This document shows, piece by piece, positions 49,872 to 56,414 of a stretch of 64,000 nt of DNA; positions within the stretch are counted from its first letter, which is position 1; the number at the start of each line of letters is the position of its first letter. A model generated the notes under the pieces. It saw only the letters and a program-made list of their open reading frames with translations, was not told where the DNA came from and ran no database searches. Source of the DNA: Spirochaetia bacterium (GTDB lineage Bacteria > Spirochaetota > Spirochaetia > CADAEX01); assembly GCA_963662265.2 (NCBI GenBank), contig CAXXHA010000010.1, positions 1 to 64,000 of the forward strand, given 5' to 3'. A program made the position numbers and the translations under genes.

Positions 49872-51962
49872 ATGAGACTCAACGTAAAATGGAAGATCCT
49901 TCTTCCGGTAGTATTAATTCTTGTAATCTCCCTGGGAACAGTTACAGGATATTCGTACCTGCTTCAGAAAAAAATGGTGCATGATCTTATGGAAACAACT
50001 GCAGCTGAACAGCTGTCTGAAATAAGCAACATTGTAGAATCTTCAGAAAAACAGATCAGAAATCTTAAAAGTTCTCTCAACAGGAATTACCTGAGAATTG
50101 CAGAAACAATTGCAATAGCTGTCAAGGATGGAAGCAGTATTCTTGAAACAGGAAAAATGACAGAACTTGCAGAAACTGCAGGAATTGATGAAATCCATGT
50201 TACTGATGAAAACGGGATCCTCAGATGGGGAAACAAAACTGGTTTCTACGGATTTGATTTCAATACAAGCGATCAGACACAACCCTTTCTTGCGGGACTG
50301 AAAAATCCCTCCTTCCAGCTTGCCCAGGATCCCCAGCAGAGGGGTACAGACAAGGTCCTTTTTCAGTACATCGGTGTTGGGAGAAAAGACAGACCTGGAA
50401 TAGTACAGATAGGGGTTCAGCCGCTTGAGCTCAACAACCTTCTGGAATCATCATCAATCAGGAACACACTCAAAAACCTCAATATATCAAGGTCAGGTGT
50501 TGTCTATATTATCAATTCTGATGGAACAATTGCTGAAAGCTCTGCAATACTCAATGATAAACATCTTAACCCGGAATTGTGGAATTTCATTAAAAATTCC
50601 GGTAAAGAGGGAAAAGGCATTGTTGAAGACAGGTATGCAGGATTCATGGAAAACGATGATTACATATGGATGGTCACTTACCCGCTTACAGAGTTCACAT
50701 CAGAACTGAACAGCTTCCTTATACATGTCTTTATCATGTTTATTGTGCTTGCAGCAGTATCTGCAGCTGTAATCCTTCTCATTGTAAGCAGGATCACAAA
50801 TCCGCTTAAGAAAGGTGTAACTTTTGCAAACATGATTGCTCAAGGGGACCTCACAGCAGACCTTGAAGTGAATACTTCAGATGAGGTAGGAGTTCTTGCA
50901 TCGACACTCAGGCAGATGGTAGGCAAAATCAGCAACGTGGTGGAAAAAGTAGCAGACACATCACTGACAGTTGCATCAGGCAGCAGGCAGCTGAGCCAGA
51001 ACACTGTAAAAATGGCAGAAGGTACAAGCTCCCAGGCATCAGCAACTGAAGAGGTTTCAGCTTCCATGGAGGAGATGAGCGCGAACATAACCCAGAATGC
51101 GGAAAACGCCGACACAACAGAGAGAATTGCGATGCAGGCAGCAAAAGATGCTGTTGAAAGCAGCAAGTCAGCTAAAAAAGCTGTTGATGCAATGAATGTT
51201 ATAAATGAGAAAATCAGCATTGTGGAAGAGATTGCAAGGCAGACAAATATGCTTGCTCTTAATGCTGCCATAGAAGCTGCCCGGGCAGGGGAGCAGGGAA
51301 AAGGCTTTGCAGTTGTTGCATCTGAAGTCAGGAAACTGGCAGAAAGAAGCCAACAGGCTGCCGGTGAAATAACAGAACTTACCCAGTTGACAAGCGCTTC
51401 AGCAGATGAGACATCTGCAATGCTTAAAAAGCTTGTAGACGGAATTAACCAGACAGCCGAGCTTGTCAGGGAGATAAGTTCGGCAAGCAGGGAGCAGAGC
51501 GGAGGAGTTCAGCAGGTAAACAGGGCAATTCTCCAGCTTGATGAGGTTGTTCAGCAGAACGCATCCTTCTCTGAAGAGATTTCAGCCACAAGCGAGGAGC
51601 TTACAGCGCAGGCTGAATTTCTACAGGAGACTGTTTCCTACTTCAGGATTGATAAATCATCTTCAACAGGGGAAGATGCAGGTCTTCTTCTCCCGGCCGA
51701 AAGAAATGCCGGCAATGGCAGAGCTGCGGAATTAAATACTGCGGGTGTTTCGGCAGGAAGGAAAAGCTCTTCAGGCAGTGCTTCTGTTATAAGGGCTGCC
51801 GGAGCCGGGCAGGTTCGGATCACATCAGGGGCTGCCGGGGCTGCGGGAAAAACAGAAGAAACAGCTGCAGTTTTCAAGGCAGTATCAGCTGCTGAGTCAT
51901 TAAACAACGGAAATCCTTCTGATACTGATTCGATGTCAGATGGAGGGTTTAAGGAGTTTTAG
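49872..51962 (+). CDS. Methyl-accepting chemotaxis protein
   Basis: TM-sensor-TM-HAMP, [40 protein letters not shown], and a flexible tail ending GFKEF. Confidence 0.95.
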   Translation: MRLNVKWKILLPVVLILVISLGTVTGYSYLLQKKMVHDLMETTAAEQLSEISNIVESSEKQIRNLKSSLNRNYLRIAETIAIAVKDGSSILETGKMTELAETAGIDEIHVTDENGILRWGNKTGFYGFDFNTSDQTQPFLAGLKNPSFQLAQDPQQRGTDKVLFQYIGVGRKDRPGIVQIGVQPLELNNLLESSSIRNTLKNLNISRSGVVYIINSDGTIAESSAILNDKHLNPELWNFIKNSGKEGKGIVEDRYAGFMENDDYIWMVTYPLTEFTSELNSFLIHVFIMFIVLAAVSAAVILLIVSRITNPLKKGVTFANMIAQGDLTADLEVNTSDEVGVLASTLRQMVGKISNVVEKVADTSLTVASGSRQLSQNTVKMAEGTSSQASATEEVSASMEEMSANITQNAENADTTERIAMQAAKDAVESSKSAKKAVDAMNVINEKISIVEEIARQTNMLALNAAIEAARAGEQGKGFAVVASEVRKLAERSQQAAGEITELTQLTSASADETSAMLKKLVDGINQTAELVREISSASREQSGGVQQVNRAILQLDEVVQQNASFSEEISATSEELTAQAEFLQETVSYFRIDKSSSTGEDAGLLLPAERNAGNGRAAELNTAGVSAGRKSSSGSASVIRAAGAGQVRITSGAAGAAGKTEETAAVFKAVSAAESLNNGNPSDTDSMSDGGFKEF

Positions 51963-52109
51963 GTGGATCTGAAATTCTTATTTCATGATAATTGCACCAA
52001 GATGATTATGCCGTATAGATAAGAAGCTGCTTATCGGAAATCCGAGAGTACCGGGATTAAGTAACCGGGAAATACAATCAGCTACAGGCTGTGTGCAAAC
52101 TTGAATATT

Positions 52110-52143
52110 AAAAAGGCCTGCTTTGACAAGCAGGTCTTTTTTT
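52110..52143. terminator. Bidirectional terminator between the MCP and VOC genes
   Basis: AAAAAGGCCTGCTT-TGAC-AAGCAGGTCTTTTTTT. Confidence 0.8.
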
Positions 52144-52153
52144 AAAAGGGATT

Positions 52154-52636
52154 CTACATCCCCATGCTTTCAAGCCATTCCTTTTCATTCTTTTTCATCT
52201 CATCTTCAGTAAGCTTCCACTTATTTGTCGCTATAGCCCAGACATGGCCGAAGGGATCAAGGACTTTCCCCATCCTGTCTCCCCAGAATGCATCCATTAT
52301 TTCATCCACAATTTCAGATCCGTTTTCCACCATTCCATTGTAAACAGCATCACAGTCTTCAACATATATAAACAAGCTCACAGTAGTCCCGTTAATAGCA
52401 CCTTTCTCCACACCTCCCGGATAGGAATCAGCCATCATAAGATTTGTATCCCCAATTCTTATCATTGAATGCATTATCTTATCACTGCCTGGAAAACTGT
52501 AAGGGGGAAAAACAAGTTCCGCCCCCAGCACTTTCCTGTAATATTCAATAGCTTCTGAACAGTTTCCATTAAACCACAGATTAGCTGTTACATTGTTCAT
52601 CCCTTCTGGGACAGGTTTTAATGCTTTTTCAGCCAT
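52154..52636 (-). CDS. VOC/PhnB-family (glyoxalase-like) protein
   Basis: AIEYYRKVLGA, IMHSMIRIGD, DAFWGDRMGKVLDPFGHVW. Confidence 0.9.
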   Translation of the reverse strand: MAEKALKPVPEGMNNVTANLWFNGNCSEAIEYYRKVLGAELVFPPYSFPGSDKIMHSMIRIGDTNLMMADSYPGGVEKGAINGTTVSLFIYVEDCDAVYNGMVENGSEIVDEIMDAFWGDRMGKVLDPFGHVWAIATNKWKLTEDEMKKNEKEWLESMGM

Positions 52637-52907
52637 TAAAATTCTCCTTGTATAGAGATCTGTAAGTATGAATAATTAAGCCTTGAATTTTCTGTTTAAA
52701 CACCTGAAACATTTTATACCTTACTTTTATTAATAGTAGTTTCAAAATGATCTGTTTTCAAAAGAAACTCTTACATGAGGCTGTATTTACAATAAATTTT
52801 AATAAAATCAGATATTCTGAAGGCTTTATAAATTAAACAGGACGAAAATTCTTTCTTCAGGACCGGAAGATAATTTCATATTTAAACAAGCAGTGTTTTA
52901 AATATAA

Positions 52908-52971
52908 AATAATATCGATATTATTGTATCCAATATTGACATTTTTCTTATTCGATACTATATTATCCATA
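52908..52971 (+). promoter_or_regulatory. Unit 1 promoter with TATCGATA operator
   Basis: Palindrome AATAATATCGATATTATT 52908-52925; TTGACA 52936-17-TATATT 52959. Confidence 0.75.
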
Positions 52972-53237
52972 CAGGTTGGGCAAACAACCTGTAGGTGAAA
53001 ATATTTTGTTTTTGAGAAAATCAAAAATAAAAAAAGAAAATAGAATGTACGAAAGACCTCTGGTAAATGGCAAAATAATATCAGAAATAAGGTCTTTCAA
53101 TAAAAAAACTGCAAATACGTCCGGCAAAACAGTATTTGCAGTTATAATCTAAGACTTTTTTATAGATTCCTCCTAACCTTCTAAAAAGAGTTTTATTCAT
53201 GGGAACCTGCTGTAAGTTTTACAGCAGGTTCTTTTTT
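52970..53237 (+). ncRNA. Candidate structured sRNA of about 270 nt (unit 1)
   Basis: Lies between a promoter and a U-tailed terminator (53203-53237); three hairpins with GGCAAA in their loops and one hairpin exposing TTCCTCCT; no RBS-led ORF. Confidence 0.6.
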
Positions 53238-53576
53238 CATTATTACCTCCTGTAATAATGAGTTGTTATTTATAAAACTGCAGTGAGTTTCACTGCAGTT
53301 TTTCTTTTTGCTGGCCGTTGCTGCATAAACAGGCTTTTTATACTTATAATTCTGCATTTATTTCACAGACTTATCCGCTGATCACCTGGCAGAAATCTTA
53401 TATTTCCCTATTAACAGCTTTCAAGGACTCTAAAGCTGTTAAACTTATTTCAACAGTGTTTTATCCTCCCGGAATAATTCTAATTATCACGCAGTCTAAA
53501 CACTGTTTTGCCCATATTCCCATATGGAGCCCACCTGTCTACCTATCTAACTACCCAGAACCATGTAGATAAATTT

Positions 53577-53637
53577 TTATCGATAATTACATATCTTATA
53601 TTGACATTTTTTATTTTCGATAGTATGTTATCGATAG
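53577..53637 (+). promoter_or_regulatory. Unit 2 promoter with two TATCGATA operators
   Basis: TTATCGATAA 53577-53586; TTGACA 53601-17-TATGTT 53624; TTATCGATAG 53628-53637. Confidence 0.75.
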
Positions 53638-53676
53638 TTAGAGATTGAAATAAATAGTATTTCAAGGAGGACAATT

Positions 53677-53772
53677 ATGTTAGAAATTTTAATTGTAGCT
53701 ATTATAGCAGCTGGTGCAGTTTTTGCATTCATAGAAGACGGTCGTGTTAGTCCTAACGGAATCGACTGGTAA
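53677..53772 (+). CDS. 31-aa hydrophobic peptide MLEILIVAIIAAGAVFAFIEDGRVSPNGIDW
   Basis: AAGGAGG RBS 53664-53670, own promoter, paralogue at 54205; too short for the ORF track. Confidence 0.75.
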   Translation: MLEILIVAIIAAGAVFAFIEDGRVSPNGIDW

Positions 53773-53803
53773 TCTAGAAAAAACTTGTTTTGAGGAGATC
53801 AAA

Positions 53804-53947
53804 ATGAAAAAAATACTTAGTAAATTATCAGAAAGACCATTTATCAATGGCAAACAGAGACATATTAAAAAAGAAGGCCTTTCAATTAAGGCAGTTGCAG
53901 AAGCAACAGGAAAATCAATTGAATCTGTACTTTCAATGAAATTCTAA
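53804..53947 (+). CDS. 47-aa basic peptide with HTH-like C-terminus
   Basis: GAGGAG RBS, ATG 53804; MKKILSKLSERPFINGKQRHIKKEGLSIKAVAEATGKSIESVLSMKF. Confidence 0.6.
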   Translation: MKKILSKLSERPFINGKQRHIKKEGLSIKAVAEATGKSIESVLSMKF

Positions 53948-53991
53948 AACTTCTTTTTAACTTCAAACCTTCTAAATTTTGAGTTTTATTC

Positions 53992-54028
53992 AAAAGACCT
54001 GCTGAGCCGTATACAGCAGGTCTTTTTT
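53992..54028 (+). terminator. Unit 2 terminator
   Basis: AAAAGACCTGCTG/CAGCAGGTCTTTT stem plus T-run. Confidence 0.8.
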
Positions 54029-54102
54029 AATTTTTCAGTGAAAATCATTGATAACCTTTGTTCAGGAAGTAGATAAATAAAAATCATGCATTTTGATAAT
54101 AT

Positions 54103-54164
54103 ATTATCGATAATGCTGTATCCATACTTGACTTTTTCAGTTATCCTTTATACATTATCAATAA
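54103..54164 (+). promoter_or_regulatory. Unit 3 promoter with TATCGATA operators
   Basis: ATTATCGATAAT 54103-54114; TTGACT 54128-17-TACATT 54151; TTATCAATAA 54155-54164. Confidence 0.75.
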
Positions 54165-54204
54165 CTTTAAATACGATTTTAATAATCTTGTTAAGGAGGC
54201 CAGC

Positions 54205-54306
54205 ATGTTACTTATCAATACTTTAGTAATCATGGCTATTGCAGCAGGAGTTTTAGCTGCATTCATTGAAGATGGAAAAACAGCACCAAATTGCTGTGAC
54301 TGGTAG
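54205..54306 (+). CDS. 33-aa hydrophobic peptide MLLINTLVIMAIAAGVLAAFIEDGKTAPNCCDW
   Basis: TAAGGAGG RBS 54192-54199; shares IAAG...AFIEDG...PN..DW-stop with the 53677 peptide, with synonymous changes between them. Confidence 0.75.
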   Translation: MLLINTLVIMAIAAGVLAAFIEDGKTAPNCCDW

Positions 54307-54517
54307 AAAGTAGTCTGAAGATTTCAGATACTTGTAAAAACTGAAAACAATCAGTAGAAAGGTCTGTAATTTACAACAGGATTAACAATATAGAGAAAGG
54401 AAGACCTTTCACATTACATTCCATGATGCTGCAGCAAAAACAACAGAATCGGCATCCGGAATGTAAAACAAAAGACTTTTTAGATTCCTCCAAAATTCTA
54501 AAAAGAGTTTTATTTCC

Positions 54518-54550
54518 AGGCCCCGCAGCGTTGCTGAGGGGCCTTTTTTT
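54518..54550 (+). terminator. Unit 3 terminator
   Basis: AGGCCCC-GCAGC...GCTG-AGGGGCCT stem plus T-run. Confidence 0.8.
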
Positions 54551-54685
54551 CCCCCTTTCACGCAAATACCCATTCTCTCGGCAGCTTCATAAGATTTAAT
54601 AATAAAATTCCGCCTCTTGCGATTTATATGCATATCATGCAACTTCAACCATCCAGGTATTTTTACAAAATAATTACAGACTGTA

Positions 54686-54740
54686 TTGACTTTTTCCCTT
54701 TTCGATAGTATTATATCGATAACAAGTTACCGATAACAAG
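54686..54740 (+). promoter_or_regulatory. Unit 4 promoter with downstream operators
   Basis: TTGACT 54686-17-TATTAT 54709; ATATCGATAAC 54713-54723 and GTTACCGATAAC 54726-54737. Confidence 0.65.
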
Positions 54741-54802
54741 CAATATTTCTGATGGCCAGAAATGTTTGACTTTATAAATACAACTGGAATAAGGCTGGAG
54801 AT

Positions 54803-54835
54803 AAAAAAAATCCCGGATCCGAAGAACCGGGATTT
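54803..54835 (-). terminator. gdhA terminator, possibly also ending the unit 4 transcript
   Basis: A8 followed by the AAATCCCGG/CCGGGATTT stem. Confidence 0.75.
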
Positions 54836-54871
54836 ATATAAGCCTAATCAGGCTAAATATAAAACTATATC

Positions 54872-56209
54872 CTAGTAACCGAGATCAAGCATTGCATCTG
54901 CAACTTTCTTGAAACCGGCAATATTAGCACCGTTGATGTAGTTTACAAAACCTGAAGCATCTTTGCCTTCTCTAACACAAGCAGCGTGGATGTCTTTCAT
55001 GATTACTTTGAGTTTTGCATCAACTTCTTCAGATGACCAGTTGTATTTCATTGAGTTCTGGCACATTTCAAGACCTGATACTGCAACACCACCGGCATTA
55101 GCAGCTTTACCAGGACCAAACGGGATCTTGTTTTTAACAAACTCAACTGCAGCATCTGCAGTACAGCCCATGTTGGATGTTTCAACAACATATTTAACAC
55201 CGTTTGAGATAAGAGCTTTTGCATCATCGAGAGTAAGCTCGTTCTGGAAAGCACAGGGGAATGCCATATCAACTTTAAGTTCCCATGGTTTTTTACCTGC
55301 AACAAATTTTGCGCCGAATTTTTCAGCGTAAGGAGCTACAACATCATTGTTGGAAGCTCTGAGCTCAAGCATATAGTCAAATTTTTCTTTTGTATTGATA
55401 CCTGCTTCATCATAGATGTATCCGTCAGGTCCAGAAATTGCCACTACTTTACCACCAAGTTCAGTAGCCTTCATTACAGCACCCCAGGCAACATTACCGA
55501 AACCTGAAACAGCAATTGTTTTGCCTTTCATTGAATCATTGTTTGTTTTGAGCATTTCATCAGCAAAATACATTGTACCAAAACCAGTTGCTTCAGGTCT
55601 TACAAGTGAACCGCCCCAGTTAAGGCCTTTACCTGTGAGTACACCTGTGTTTTCAGCTCTGAGTCTCTTGTACTGACCATACATGAAACCGATTTCTCTT
55701 CCGCCTACTCCGATATCACCTGCAGGAACGTCAGTCTGAGGACCGATATATTTCTGAAGTTCTGTCATGAAACTTCGACAGAATCTCATGATTTCTGCAT
55801 CTGATTTACCTTTAGGATTAAAGTCTGAACCACCTTTACCTCCACCCATTGGGAGAGTAGTAAGACTGTTTTTGAAAATCTGCTCAAATCCGAGGAATTT
55901 AAGAGTTCCGAGAGTAACGCTTGGGTGGAATCTGAGTCCGCCCTTATATGGACCAATAGCGTTGTTAAACTGAACTCTGTAAGCCTTGTTTACCTGTACT
56001 TCACCGTTATCATCTTCCCATTCAACTTTGAACATGAAAGTTCTGTCCGGCTCAGTAATTCTTTCAAGGATTTTTGCATCTACATATGCAGGGTTGTCGT
56101 TAACTACATCAATAATAGATTCAACTACTTCTTTTGCAGCCTGAATAAATTCCGGCTGAGCTGGGTTTTTTCTTTCCAGTTCTGCCATAAATTCGTCAAG
56201 ATTATACAT
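54872..56209 (-). CDS. gdhA: NAD(P)-specific glutamate dehydrogenase
   Basis: GPYKGGLRFHPSV, LPMGGGKGGSDF, DVPAGDIGVG, RPEATGFG, GFGNVA; AAGGAG RBS before ATG 56209. Confidence 0.96.
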   Translation of the reverse strand: MYNLDEFMAELERKNPAQPEFIQAAKEVVESIIDVVNDNPAYVDAKILERITEPDRTFMFKVEWEDDNGEVQVNKAYRVQFNNAIGPYKGGLRFHPSVTLGTLKFLGFEQIFKNSLTTLPMGGGKGGSDFNPKGKSDAEIMRFCRSFMTELQKYIGPQTDVPAGDIGVGGREIGFMYGQYKRLRAENTGVLTGKGLNWGGSLVRPEATGFGTMYFADEMLKTNNDSMKGKTIAVSGFGNVAWGAVMKATELGGKVVAISGPDGYIYDEAGINTKEKFDYMLELRASNNDVVAPYAEKFGAKFVAGKKPWELKVDMAFPCAFQNELTLDDAKALISNGVKYVVETSNMGCTADAAVEFVKNKIPFGPGKAANAGGVAVSGLEMCQNSMKYNWSSEEVDAKLKVIMKDIHAACVREGKDASGFVNYINGANIAGFKKVADAMLDLGY

Positions 56210-56414
56210 TTCTAACAGCTCCTTAAAACATTTTAATACCACCCCTCAGGGCGGTATTACTTATCTATATATAAAGCCTATTTCTGATATTAATCAAGTA
56301 TTAATATTGGCCTATCTATACATCTATACAAGTTAAATCATGAATATTGTTGATATTTAACATAGTGGTGTATTATTATTAAGAAAACGAACATTCTTTT
56401 TTAAGGAATTTACA

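Noticed and set aside
52970-53000. c-di-GMP-I riboswitch (GGGCAAAC)
   Set aside because: GGCAAA is a closed hairpin loop here; the GAAA tetraloop stem and GACGCAAAG partner are missing, and no gene follows.
53193-53251. Minus-strand 15-aa ORF MKKEPAVKLTAGSHE behind AGGAGG
   Set aside because: It is explained as the complement of a CCTCCT loop and the terminator; no promoter seen and no counterpart in the other units. Not fully excluded.
53744-53803. GTG-started 67-aa version of the ORF
   Set aside because: It overlaps the 31-aa peptide; the GAGGAG RBS points to ATG 53804.
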